Assembly (NCBI GenBank): GCA_963700285.1
Contig: CAVOXA010000001.1
Location: forward strand, 800,001 to 864,000
DNA: 64,000 nucleotides
Direction: 5' to 3'
Origin: an uncultured Chloroflexia bacterium
GTDB taxonomy: Bacteria; Chloroflexota; Anaerolineae; JAAYZQ01
In this document: positions 17,787 to 27,466 of the stretch, piece after piece
Layout: every line of letters begins with the position of its first letter
Position numbering within the stretch: the stretch's first letter is position 1
The notes under the pieces: generated by a model
Told to the model about the DNA's origin: nothing
Databases searched by the model: none
The model's input: the letters and a program-made list of their open reading frames with translations, nothing else
Program-made: the position numbers and the translations under genes

Positions 17787-18959
17787 ATGGTACCTACTGA
17801 CGAGAGCCTACGAAATGCAATAGTGCGCCTGGACGAATGGGTTCAAGCCGCGGGCTATGGAGCCTACGATCCTTTTGATGGACTGAACTCGTGGATCCGT
17901 CCGCTCATGCTCAATAGGCTGAGCCGTCAGGCCTTGCAGCAGGGTGTGAAGCGTTCTCCTGTGAACCTGCGGCCCGTGCTTGGCATCCGGCCAGCGATCA
18001 GTTCGAAAGGCATGGGGTATTTTGCTCGAGGATATCTAAAGCTCTATGCGTTGACGGGTGAAGCGGAGTGGGCTACCAAGGCGCGCCATTGCTTGGATTG
18101 GCTCAGGGCTCATCCCAATCCTGCTTACGCGGGACTTGCCTGGGGCAATCACTTTGACTATCAGTCCAGGGTGTTCTACCTTGCTAAAGGTGAGCCTACC
18201 GTTGTGTGGACAGCCCATATCGCCTTCGCTTTCTTGGATGCCTGGGAGCTTTTTGGAGAGGATAGGGATCTTGAAGCGGCGCAGGGTGTGTGCCGGTTCA
18301 TCCTGAGCGAACTCGAGCGTCGTCCTGAGGGTGGTGGAGTATGTATCAGCTATGTACCTGGCAGCTACCACGCTGTTCACAATGCGAATATGCTGGCGGC
18401 GGCGGCCTTGGCCAGAACATATGCGCACACGAACCTGGATGAGCTTAGGCAGACAGCCTTGGACGCAGTGGCCTATACGGTGCCTGCGCAACGGGATGAC
18501 GGATCCTGGTGGTATGGTGAGGCGGAGAATCTGAGATGGGTGGACAATTTCCATACAGGCTATGTACTGGACTGCTTGTGGTGGTACATGGTCTCTACGG
18601 GGGACCAGCAGTGGCGGCCGGCATTTGACTATGGCGCTCGCTTTTTCATAGAAAGCTTTTTCCTGGAAGATGGCACGCCCAAGTACTACCCCGACCAGAC
18701 CTATCCAGTTGATATTCAGTGCGCGGCACAAGCGATTGAAACCTTGGCTCTACTGGCCAGGCATTGGGATCTTTCGTGTCGGGTGCTAGCGGAGCAAGTG
18801 GCGGCGTGGACCGTTGCCAACATGCAAGACGTGGATGGCCACTTTTACTTCCAGCGTGGACGTAGGTGGGTGAACAAAACGCCAATGCTCCATTGGGGCC
18901 AGGCAACGATGTTCCATGCCCTGGCTTGTCTACTTGAGGTGGAGAGCGATGAGGATTAG
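17787..18959 (+). CDS. Conserved polysaccharide-locus protein, probable (alpha/alpha)-barrel
   Basis: YDPFDGLNS, WGNHFDYQSR, VHNANML, WYGE..WVDNFHTGY, PVDIQCAAQAI, HWGQATM; Trp/Tyr-rich helical hairpin pattern. Confidence 0.6.
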   Translation: MVPTDESLRNAIVRLDEWVQAAGYGAYDPFDGLNSWIRPLMLNRLSRQALQQGVKRSPVNLRPVLGIRPAISSKGMGYFARGYLKLYALTGEAEWATKARHCLDWLRAHPNPAYAGLAWGNHFDYQSRVFYLAKGEPTVVWTAHIAFAFLDAWELFGEDRDLEAAQGVCRFILSELERRPEGGGVCISYVPGSYHAVHNANMLAAAALARTYAHTNLDELRQTALDAVAYTVPAQRDDGSWWYGEAENLRWVDNFHTGYVLDCLWWYMVSTGDQQWRPAFDYGARFFIESFFLEDGTPKYYPDQTYPVDIQCAAQAIETLALLARHWDLSCRVLAEQVAAWTVANMQDVDGHFYFQRGRRWVNKTPMLHWGQATMFHALACLLEVESDED

Positions 18960-20265
18960 TGTTCTTGGTTTAGGCTATGTGGGCTGTGTATCGGTTGCCT
19001 GCATGGCTGCAGACGGACACCAAGTAGTCGGCGTTGACATCAATCCGGTCAAGGTGGATATCATCAATCGGGGTTGCAGCCCCATCGTCGAGCGTGACCT
19101 GGACGAACTGCTCGAAGAGGGAGTATCTCAAGGCCGGCTTCGGGCCACGGTGGACGCAACGGAAGCTGTGCAGCAGAGCGATCTCAGCCTTATCTGCGTG
19201 GGAACCCCCGGTGACTCTAACGGGCGGCTTGACCTGCAGTATGTCGAACGGGTCTCGGCAGATGTAGGGCGCGCCTTGCAGAGCAAGGCCAGGCATCACG
19301 TGGTCGTCGTACGCAGCACGATGCTGCCGGGTAGTACAAATGACATCGTTCTGCCTATTCTAGAACGAGAGTCGGGTCGAAGGGCGGGGGAGGGTTTTGG
19401 ACTGGCCTACAATCCAGAGTTCCTGAGGGAGGGATCTGCCATCAGAGACTACTATGATCCCCCTAGGACGGTGATAGGCGAGTTCGACGAGTCCAGCGGG
19501 GATGCTTTGGCCGCCATCTATCAGAATTTGGACGCACCCTTGATCCGGACCAGTATCAAGACGGCCGAGTTGGTCAAGTATGCGGATAATGCTTTTCATG
19601 CGCTCAAGATCTCTTTCGCCAACGAAATCGGTGTGATGGCTGGGGCTGAAGGGATCGATAGCCACGAGCTAATGGATATCTTTGTCCAGGACACCAAGCT
19701 TAACCTGTCGCCGGTGTATTTGCGGCCCGGATATGCTTTCGGCGGGTCTTGCCTGCCCAAAGATCTGAGGGCCCTGAACCATCGGGCCCGGAGAAGAGAT
19801 CTGTCGACCCCGGTACTGGCATCCATCCTAGAGAGCAACGAAGGCCATAAGCGCCGTGCTTTTGCACTTGTGAAGGAGACGGGCAAGAAGCGGGTGGCCG
19901 TCCTGGGACTAAGCTTCAAGCCGAATACGGACGACTTGCGGGAGAGCCCCGCGGTCGAACTGGTGGAGAGACTGCTGGGCAAAGGATATCAGCTCAAGAT
20001 CTATGATCGGAACGTCGCCCTGGCCAGGCTTGTGGGTGCGAACAAGGAGTTCATCGAGAGAGAAATTCCCCACATCGCGTCGCTCATGGTGCCCGATGTT
20101 CAAAGCGCATTGGCTGATGCAGAGGTGGTGGTCGTGACTAGTGGCGATGCAGAGTTTCGCCAGGTGGCCGGTAGGCTGCGCCCCGACCAGATTCTTGTGG
20201 AGCTAGAGCGTGTCGTCGATGATGTGAGCGGGTTGGGGGAGAGATACCATGGCATTGCCTGGTGA
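18949..20265 (+). CDS. algD: UDP-glucose/GDP-mannose dehydrogenase family, AlgD (GDP-mannose 6-dehydrogenase)-like
   Basis: GLGYVGCVS, CVGTP, NPEFLREGSA, KYADNAFHALK, YLRPGYAFGGSCLPKD, GLSFKPNTDDLRESP, C-terminal GIAW. Confidence 0.8.
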   Translation: MRISVLGLGYVGCVSVACMAADGHQVVGVDINPVKVDIINRGCSPIVERDLDELLEEGVSQGRLRATVDATEAVQQSDLSLICVGTPGDSNGRLDLQYVERVSADVGRALQSKARHHVVVVRSTMLPGSTNDIVLPILERESGRRAGEGFGLAYNPEFLREGSAIRDYYDPPRTVIGEFDESSGDALAAIYQNLDAPLIRTSIKTAELVKYADNAFHALKISFANEIGVMAGAEGIDSHELMDIFVQDTKLNLSPVYLRPGYAFGGSCLPKDLRALNHRARRRDLSTPVLASILESNEGHKRRAFALVKETGKKRVAVLGLSFKPNTDDLRESPAVELVERLLGKGYQLKIYDRNVALARLVGANKEFIEREIPHIASLMVPDVQSALADAEVVVVTSGDAEFRQVAGRLRPDQILVELERVVDDVSGLGERYHGIAW

Positions 20266-21502
20266 GGCTGGGGCGCCAGCCGGCAAAGCGCTCATCATTG
20301 TTGAGAACAACTCGGTTCCCTTCGACCGGAGGGTCTGGCGTGAGGCCCTCGCGCTGAAGGAGGCTGGGTGGCACGTGTCCGTGATATGCCCCAAGAGCCC
20401 TCAAGATGACAGACTAGTCTTCAGTGACAGCCCAGCCGGGGACATAGAAGTACTCGAGGGCATTCACATCTATCGTTTCCCAATGCAATTTGCAGAGCGT
20501 GGGGTCATGGCCTTTCTGCGCGAGTATACAACGGCTCTGTGGGCCTCTGTCCGGCTCTCAAGCCAGGTACTTCGGGAACAGGGCTTTGATGTTCTCCAGG
20601 TCTGCAATCCGCCGGACACCTTTTTCCTCTTGGGAGCATATTACCGCTGGAAGGGAAAAGGTTTCATCTTTGATCACCACGACCTATTTCCAGAGAGCGT
20701 TGAGTACCGGTACAAAGGTGCCAGCGGGAGGCTGATGCATTGGCTGGCGGTGCTCTTTGAGCGCTGGACCTTTCGCGCTGCGAACATAGTGGTTTCAACC
20801 AACGAGTCGTACCGGCAGGTCGCCATCCAGCGTGGACACGTTAACCCAGATCACGTGTTCGTCGTGCGCAATGGGCCGGAATTGGCTTTCATCAAAGAGC
20901 CAATCTCTGATCCTTCCCTCAAGAATGGGCGCCCTTATCTGGCATGCTATCTGGGTGTCATGGGGGTGGAGGACGGATTGGAGCCAATGATGGAGGCCAT
21001 TCGCTACGTGATCGATGACTTGGGACGTACAGATATCCAGTTCGTGCTCATGGGTGATGGCAGGCAGCGCTACTATGCCCTGGACCGCGTCACCGAATGG
21101 AATCTGGAGGAGCAAGTGCTGCTGCCGGGTCGCGTTCCCGACGGTGAAGTACAGCGCTATCTTTCTACAGCCGACGTGTGCCTGTCACCGGATCCCTATA
21201 CGCCGCTCAACAACCTCTCGACCATGAACAAGATCATGGAATACATGGCTTTTGGCAAGCCGGTGGTGTCTTTTGATTTGAAAGAAGCGCGGGTTTCGGC
21301 CGATGAAGCGGCTGTCTATGTCCGCTGCGGAGATGAGCACGGATTTGGCGACGCCATTGTGCAACTGCTGGATGATCCGCAACGCCGCGAACATATGGGG
21401 CACTTTGGGCGCCAGCGGGTTCTGACCCAACTTGCCTGGGATCACCAGAAAGAGAAGCTTTGCGCAGCCTACGAGGCGGCTCTGGAGCCCGCAGATTCGT
21501 AG
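20249..21502 (+). CDS. Glycosyltransferase family 4 (WbuB-like)
   Basis: VENNSVPFDRRVWREA, CNPPD, FDHHDLFPE, STMNKIMEYMAFGKPVVSFD. Confidence 0.9.
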   Translation: MALPGEAGAPAGKALIIVENNSVPFDRRVWREALALKEAGWHVSVICPKSPQDDRLVFSDSPAGDIEVLEGIHIYRFPMQFAERGVMAFLREYTTALWASVRLSSQVLREQGFDVLQVCNPPDTFFLLGAYYRWKGKGFIFDHHDLFPESVEYRYKGASGRLMHWLAVLFERWTFRAANIVVSTNESYRQVAIQRGHVNPDHVFVVRNGPELAFIKEPISDPSLKNGRPYLACYLGVMGVEDGLEPMMEAIRYVIDDLGRTDIQFVLMGDGRQRYYALDRVTEWNLEEQVLLPGRVPDGEVQRYLSTADVCLSPDPYTPLNNLSTMNKIMEYMAFGKPVVSFDLKEARVSADEAAVYVRCGDEHGFGDAIVQLLDDPQRREHMGHFGRQRVLTQLAWDHQKEKLCAAYEAALEPADS

Positions 21503-21523
21503 CAGAGCCCCATGTAGCCGGAG

Positions 21524-22165
21524 ATGGCTTGGCAGGCCACACAGGAGCAAAGGGTGAAAGATTTCTTTGTGCATCCGAGCGCCCTAGTTGAGTCTGAGGA
21601 TATTGGTCCTGGTACCAAGATCTGGGCGTTCGCGCACGTTCTCAAAGGAGCCAGGATTGGTCGCGACTGCAATGTGGGCGATCATTGTTTTATTGAGAAC
21701 AACGTTCGTATCGGGGACCAGGTTGTGGTAAAGAATGGTGTTTCCGTCTGGTCGGGGGTCACGCTAGAGGACTATGTTTTCGTCGGTCCCAATGCGGTCT
21801 TTACCAATGACCTGTATCCCCGAGCCAAGGTATACCACGCAGAGGACGTGGAGACGCTGGTCTGCAGAGGGGCCACCCTTGGCGCCAATGCTACGCTTCG
21901 TTGTGGCATTAGGGTGGGACGTTGGGCCATGATTGGAGCGGGTAGTGTCGTGGTTCACGACGTGCCCGACTTTGCCCTGGTCTATGGGGTACCGGCACGA
22001 CAACAGGGATGGGCATGCGCCTGCGGTGAGCGCCTAGAGTTCCCGGTGAAGGGAAGCAGTCGTGCAACCTGCCGGTGTGGTCGTTCCTTTTCGCTTTCGA
22101 ACGGGCGAGTACGTGAGGATGCGCCCATACGCCCTCCTTCAGAAGATACCAAACGTATGGAGTGA
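21524..22165 (+). CDS. Hexapeptide-repeat N-acetyltransferase (WbpD/WxcM-like) with C-terminal Cys cluster
   Basis: IGPGTKIWAFAHV, VFVGPNAVFTND, IGAGSVV, GVPAR..GWACACG..CRCG. Confidence 0.88.
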   Translation: MAWQATQEQRVKDFFVHPSALVESEDIGPGTKIWAFAHVLKGARIGRDCNVGDHCFIENNVRIGDQVVVKNGVSVWSGVTLEDYVFVGPNAVFTNDLYPRAKVYHAEDVETLVCRGATLGANATLRCGIRVGRWAMIGAGSVVVHDVPDFALVYGVPARQQGWACACGERLEFPVKGSSRATCRCGRSFSLSNGRVREDAPIRPPSEDTKRME

Positions 22166-22171
22166 GAAACT

Positions 22172-23341
22172 ATGGATGTCCCATTTGTAGACTTGCGAGC
22201 GCAACACGATGAAGTGCGTCCCGAAATTGACGCGGTGGTCAAGGAGGTCATAGACAACTCGACCTTCATAGGTGGCGAGAGGGTCGCCTCCTTCGAACGG
22301 AACTATGCTGCGTTCTGCGGCACGCGCCATGCCCTGGCTTGTGCCAGTGGTACGGATGCGCTTAGACTCGCTCTGATGGCGGCTGGCGTTGGGCCAGGAG
22401 AAGAAGTCATCACACCGCCAAATACCTTCATTGCCACAGTGGAGGCCATGACGATGGTAGGGGCCCATCCGGTCTTTGTGGACATCGATGGCCCAACCTA
22501 CAATCTGTCACCTGATCGACTGGCGGATTTTCTAGATGACAATTGCCGATTAGGGCGGTCTGGCCATCTGATCAATGGCCAGACCGGCCGCCGCATCGTG
22601 GCTGTCATGCCTGTCCATCTCTACGGACTCCCGGCAGACATGGCTCCGATCCTAGACATGGCCCGGGAACGTAACCTTCGCGTCATCGAGGATGCTTGCC
22701 AGGCGCATGGGGCTACCTACGAACTGGATGGCGCTGAAGAAAGGGCCGGATCGCTCGGCGAGGTGGCGGCGTTCAGTTTCTACGCTAGCAAGAACCTCGG
22801 GGCAATGGGTGAGGCAGGGGCTGCAACCACCAACGATGATCGGATCGATCGCAATATGCGCGTGTGGCACGACCATGGTCAGAGCCAGCGTTACATCCAC
22901 GTCTCGCCGGACGGCTGGAACGGACGGTTGGATACCTTACAGTGCGCTATTTTGGATGTAAAGCTGAAAAAGCTTGACGAATGGAATGAGCGGCGCCGTC
23001 AAGCAGCGCAATGGTACCGCGAACGCTTGGCTGGGGAAGAGCGGGTTGTGCTACCTATCGAACCTGCTGGCAGCAAGCACGTGTACCACCTCTTTGTTGT
23101 GCGACTGCCCGATCGAGAAAGGGCTCGCGAAAGGCTCTTGGAGAACGGTGTTGGTGTTGGTTTGCATTACCCGATTCCCTTACACCTGCAGGTTGCCTAT
23201 CGGGATCTAGGCTGGAACTCGGGAGACTTGCCGGAATCAGAATCAGCGGCCGAGTCGATACTCTCCCTGCCCATGTTCCCACATATCACAGAGGAGCAAG
23301 TAGACTTTACGTGCAGCGTGCTCAAGAGTGTGCTGGATTAG
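22172..23341 (+). CDS. DegT/DnrJ/EryC1/StrS sugar aminotransferase (WbpE-like)
   Basis: SGTDAL, PVHLYG, IEDACQAHGA, FSFYASKNLGAMGEAG, HVYHLFVV. Confidence 0.92.
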   Translation: MDVPFVDLRAQHDEVRPEIDAVVKEVIDNSTFIGGERVASFERNYAAFCGTRHALACASGTDALRLALMAAGVGPGEEVITPPNTFIATVEAMTMVGAHPVFVDIDGPTYNLSPDRLADFLDDNCRLGRSGHLINGQTGRRIVAVMPVHLYGLPADMAPILDMARERNLRVIEDACQAHGATYELDGAEERAGSLGEVAAFSFYASKNLGAMGEAGAATTNDDRIDRNMRVWHDHGQSQRYIHVSPDGWNGRLDTLQCAILDVKLKKLDEWNERRRQAAQWYRERLAGEERVVLPIEPAGSKHVYHLFVVRLPDRERARERLLENGVGVGLHYPIPLHLQVAYRDLGWNSGDLPESESAAESILSLPMFPHITEEQVDFTCSVLKSVLD

Positions 23342-23388
23342 CCAGGGGACGGGGTTCGTGCTCTACGCTCGATGGGCAACCCTGGTCA

Positions 23389-24225
23389 ATGAACGACGTC
23401 ATGATTGAGCCAAAGAGGTGCTTTGTCAAAGACACCAATGCCGATGGTACGTCCATGTGGCAGCAGGTCGACTCGGCCCTGCAGCGAGGGGACCAGGTTT
23501 GGTTGCGGTCGCCCATGCTGAGTCCGGTAGCCGACGCCATTGGCGAGGACTGTGACGGGCAGCGGTGGCTGGTGATAGATCCGAAGGGCAGAATGCCTGT
23601 CGCCCTGATCCGGATGCGAGATATCCTGCTGAGCGGTTTGGCTCTGGTCTGTCTCTCGCCTCTGCTGCTTGTGATAGCGCTCTTGATCAAGGTCAGCTCA
23701 AAGGGACCTGTGTTCTTTGCTACAACCGTTGTCGGGAAGAAGCGGCACGCCTTCACCTGGCACAAACTGCGCTCGATGCGCGTTATTCCCGAGTCGGTTG
23801 ACGTAGAGCGGCGCCGCACACGATTCCAGGAGTATGTGGAAGGCAAGAGTATGGCAGGCTCTGAAGGGGCACCCACGAAGGTGGTCGAGAAGGGCAGGAT
23901 TACTCCAGTAGGCAGCTTTGTCCGGAAATACAGCATTGATGAACTGCCTCAACTGTGGAACGTGCTTTGCGGTGAAATGTCGCTTGTGGGTCCGCGACCC
24001 TGCCTGCCCTATGAGGCAGAGTTCTACACGGGTTGGCGAGGACGACGTTTTAACGTGAGGCCTGGCTTGTCTGGTGTGTGGCAGGTCTATGGTCGGGGGC
24101 GCGTCGGTTTTGAAGAGGCTGCGGCCATGGACGTATACTATACCTATCGCCGTTCGCTTGGCTTTGATCTGTATCTGATCTACAAGACGTTGGGGGTCGT
24201 ATTTACTGGCAGAGGAGCGTTATGA
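23389..24225 (+). CDS. Small priming polyprenyl-phosphate glycosylphosphotransferase (bacterial sugar transferase)
   Basis: KLRSM, RITPVGSFVRKYSIDELPQLWNVLCGEMSLVGPRP, PGLSGVWQV. Confidence 0.9.
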   Translation: MNDVMIEPKRCFVKDTNADGTSMWQQVDSALQRGDQVWLRSPMLSPVADAIGEDCDGQRWLVIDPKGRMPVALIRMRDILLSGLALVCLSPLLLVIALLIKVSSKGPVFFATTVVGKKRHAFTWHKLRSMRVIPESVDVERRRTRFQEYVEGKSMAGSEGAPTKVVEKGRITPVGSFVRKYSIDELPQLWNVLCGEMSLVGPRPCLPYEAEFYTGWRGRRFNVRPGLSGVWQVYGRGRVGFEEAAAMDVYYTYRRSLGFDLYLIYKTLGVVFTGRGAL

Positions 24226-25244
24226 AAGAGAGTCAGACGGGCGTGGCAATTGTAGGAGCCGGATACTGGGGGCCAAATCTCATTCGAAACTTTGGCCGTC
24301 TGTCCGACTGCCAGGTGTTGTGGGTCTGTGACCAGAAGCCGGGCCGTAGGCAGTACGTGCAGGAGAGATTTCCAAAAATCCCTGTCACAGAAGATGTTGG
24401 GGCCGTTCTCTCAGATCCCAGGGTGGACGCGGTCGTGATCGCCACTCCCGTCTCCACGCACCATGCTGTGGCCATGGCAGCCTTGCAGGCAGGCAAGCAC
24501 GTGATGATTGAGAAACCGCTGACGGACACTTCAGACCGTGCCCAAGAGCTCGTCGATACCGCACGACAGGCCGGTAAGGTTCTAGCCGTCGACCATCTCT
24601 TCGTCTACAATCCGGCCATTGCCAGAATGGTGGAACTCGTGAATGCAGGTGAGGTCGATCGCCTCTGCTACGCCGAGTCCAGCCGGGTGAACCTGGGGCC
24701 GCCGGCATCTGAGGTCGATGTGATCTGGGATCTGGCGACGCACGATCTGTCGATTACCTATGCCCTTTGGGGGCGTCTTCCCATCGAGTTGACTGCCTAC
24801 GGGCGGCGATTCTTGCATCCCACGCTGATCGACGTCGCCTTCCTGCACCTGCGCTTTGAAGACGATTCGTTGGCCGTCCACCACGTTAGCTGGTTGTCGC
24901 CCGAGAAGGTGCGGCGCTACTTTTTGGTGGGAACATGTGGTTCTTTTGTTTTCGATGATACTCTTGCCGAGGGAAAACTCCGGCAGATAGACCAGGGCGA
25001 GGACAGCCGCATCGGACTCGAGGATGATGAGGTCAAAGACCTTTTTTACCGGCCCGGTGTTGTGCGATACCCTGACTTGGAGCCAGTGGAGCCACTGGCA
25101 GCTAGCTGCGGCGACTTTATACGATGCATTCGTACGGAGCAAACCCCTCGCGCCGATGGTCGTGCCGGACTGGCAGTTGTGCGCATGCTGGAGGCTGCCG
25201 AGCGCTCCATCGCCGAGGGTTCGCAGCCGGTGCGATTGGAATAG
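24222..25244 (+). CDS. Gfo/Idh/MocA oxidoreductase (WbpB-like)
   Basis: GAGYWGPNL, IATP, GKHVMIEKP, WDLATHD, VSWLSPEK. Confidence 0.88.
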   Translation: MKESQTGVAIVGAGYWGPNLIRNFGRLSDCQVLWVCDQKPGRRQYVQERFPKIPVTEDVGAVLSDPRVDAVVIATPVSTHHAVAMAALQAGKHVMIEKPLTDTSDRAQELVDTARQAGKVLAVDHLFVYNPAIARMVELVNAGEVDRLCYAESSRVNLGPPASEVDVIWDLATHDLSITYALWGRLPIELTAYGRRFLHPTLIDVAFLHLRFEDDSLAVHHVSWLSPEKVRRYFLVGTCGSFVFDDTLAEGKLRQIDQGEDSRIGLEDDEVKDLFYRPGVVRYPDLEPVEPLAASCGDFIRCIRTEQTPRADGRAGLAVVRMLEAAERSIAEGSQPVRLE

Positions 25245-25253
25245 GGGGTTTCA

Positions 25254-26414
25254 TTGCGAGTTCTTGTGACCGGGGGAGCCGGTTTCATCGGCTCCCATAC
25301 CGTAGACCTGTTGCTTCAGCATGGGTATCAAGTCCGCATCCTGGACAGCCTGACTCCTCCTGTGCACGAGGATGGGCAGGTGCCCGACTACCTCCCCGTG
25401 AACGATATGGAGTTCATGCGTGCTGACGTGCGCGACAAGAGTTCCTGGGAGACCGCTCTGCCTGGTGTCGATGCCGTGATTCACCTGGCGGCGTATCAGG
25501 ACTACTTGCCGGACTTTGGAAAGTTCTTCCACGTCAATACGGTAGGCACGGCTTTGCTGTACGAGGTTGCTGTGGAAAAGCAGCTGCCACTGCGCAAGGT
25601 CGTGGTGGCTTCTTCCCAAGCGACCTACGGGGAGGCCAAGTATCTGCGCGCTGATGGTTCCGTGATCTATCCTGAACTACGTCCAGAGGCCCAGCTAAAG
25701 CGTGGCTTGTGGGAACCCTTGGATCCAGAGACGGCCGAGCCCCTGACCCCCGCCTGGACCGATGAGGCGCGCGTGATGCCACACAATCAGTACTCGATGT
25801 CCAAGTTCACTCAGGAAATGGTCGCTCTGAACTTGGGACAGCGCTATGGCATCCCATCGGTGGCCATGCGCTACTCGATCGTGCAGGGCCCCCGGCAATC
25901 GTTCCGAAATGCCTATTCTGGCGTGTTGCGCATCTTTGCCCAACGGCTGCTCAACGGTCGGGCCCCGGTCTGCTACGAGGATGGACAGCAATTGCGGGAC
26001 TATGTCTCTGTCCACGACGTTGCCAGGGCAAACTTGCTGGTGTTGGAGGATGAGCGCGCGGACTACCAAGCCTTCAACGTAGGTGGAGATCGCAAGGTCA
26101 GCGTATTGGCCTACGCTCAGCTTGTCGCGGGACAAGCTGGTTTGGACATCCAGCCCGAAATCCCTGGACTCTACCGCTTTGGTGACACCCGTCATGTCTT
26201 CTCTGATGTGAGCAAGCTGGGCGCTCTGGGTTGGCGACCTACGGTCTCGTTGGCAGAGATCGTGGATGGGTATATCACTTGGGCGCAGGCGCAGCCGGGA
26301 TTCCGTGACTACTATGCCAAGGCCGAGGTACAGATGGAGGCCATGGGTACCCTGCGTCGTGCAGAGAAAATGGAAAATCCAGTACGATCTCGTAGCGTCG
26401 CGGCGGATTCGTAG
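25254..26414 (+). CDS. NAD-dependent epimerase/dehydratase
   Basis: VTGGAGFIGSH, YSMSK (YxxxK), EDGQQLRDYVSVHD. Confidence 0.9.
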   Translation: MRVLVTGGAGFIGSHTVDLLLQHGYQVRILDSLTPPVHEDGQVPDYLPVNDMEFMRADVRDKSSWETALPGVDAVIHLAAYQDYLPDFGKFFHVNTVGTALLYEVAVEKQLPLRKVVVASSQATYGEAKYLRADGSVIYPELRPEAQLKRGLWEPLDPETAEPLTPAWTDEARVMPHNQYSMSKFTQEMVALNLGQRYGIPSVAMRYSIVQGPRQSFRNAYSGVLRIFAQRLLNGRAPVCYEDGQQLRDYVSVHDVARANLLVLEDERADYQAFNVGGDRKVSVLAYAQLVAGQAGLDIQPEIPGLYRFGDTRHVFSDVSKLGALGWRPTVSLAEIVDGYITWAQAQPGFRDYYAKAEVQMEAMGTLRRAEKMENPVRSRSVAADS

Positions 26415-26428
26415 AGAGACGGGAAACG

Positions 26429-27463
26429 ATGTTACTAGCAAGGGCTCCGGTACGGATTAGTCTTGCAGGCGGGGGTACTGACTTGCCTGCATACTATGAG
26501 AATTGTGGTGGCTGTGTGGTAAATACTACGATTGACAAGTATTTCTATACGTTCCTTAATGTCAATCAGGATGAGGATATCCAGATCACTTCCTCGGACT
26601 ATCGGACCTTCTTCCGCCACGATGGACAGGGGCCGCCACTCTGGGATGGCGCTCTCAGTCTGCCGCGGGCCATTCTGAACCACTTTGATATTTCCAAAGG
26701 GGTTTCCATGTTCCTCGCTTCGGAGATTCCTCCTGGGACTGGCCTGGGGTCTTCGAGCACAGTGGCCGTATCGGTCATCAAGGCGGTCGCGGTTGCCTGT
26801 GGACTTCATCTCTCACAGCAGGACATCGCCGAACTCGCCTGCTTCATCGAGATTGGTAAGCTAGGTATGCCCATTGGAAAGCAGGACCAGTACGCGGCTG
26901 CTTTTGGCGGGCTGAACTTTATCACATTCTCTTCGGAGGGCGTCAACGTGGAACCTCTGCGCATTGAACCCCAAGCCCGGCGTCACTTGGAGCAACACCT
27001 CATGCTCTTCTACACCGGCGCCGCCCGCGACTCCGCTAGCATCCTGGGGGAACAGTCAGAGGCTAGCTCTAGGAAGGATCCCGATGTGACTTCTGCTCTG
27101 GATGCCGTGAAAGGTATGGCCTATGAGGTCAAGGAGTGCTTGGAGCGGGGAAAGGTCGATCGCCTTGGCGGGTTCTTGCACGAGAACTGGATGCATAAGA
27201 AGCACTTTGCCTCGGGTGTGACCAATCCGGTCATCGACGAGTGCTACGAAGCCGCGCGGGCTGCCGGAGCGATGGGGGGCAAGATCACGGGGGCGGGCGG
27301 CGGGGGTTTTCTGATGCTCTACTGCCAACCAGTTCATCAAGTAGCCGTCACAGTAGCCCTGGAGTCCAGGGGGCTGAAGGGCATGGACTTTCATCTCGAG
27401 CGAGGTGGTGCCAGAGTATTGCTGAATGCAGCTCTGCAGCTACCGTATGAACGGAGACGGTAG
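26429..27463 (+). CDS. hddA: GHMP kinase, D-glycero-alpha-D-manno-heptose-7-phosphate kinase-like
   Basis: APVRISLAGGGTDLP, IPPGTGLGSSS, GKQDQYAAAFGG, GGKITGAGGGG. Confidence 0.8.
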   Translation: MLLARAPVRISLAGGGTDLPAYYENCGGCVVNTTIDKYFYTFLNVNQDEDIQITSSDYRTFFRHDGQGPPLWDGALSLPRAILNHFDISKGVSMFLASEIPPGTGLGSSSTVAVSVIKAVAVACGLHLSQQDIAELACFIEIGKLGMPIGKQDQYAAAFGGLNFITFSSEGVNVEPLRIEPQARRHLEQHLMLFYTGAARDSASILGEQSEASSRKDPDVTSALDAVKGMAYEVKECLERGKVDRLGGFLHENWMHKKHFASGVTNPVIDECYEAARAAGAMGGKITGAGGGGFLMLYCQPVHQVAVTVALESRGLKGMDFHLERGGARVLLNAALQLPYERRR

Positions 27464-27466
27464 CCA

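Noticed and set aside
18949-20265. Alginate biosynthesis operon
   Set aside because: No alg8/alg44/algK/algE-like synthase genes; the context is Wzx/Wzy-dependent
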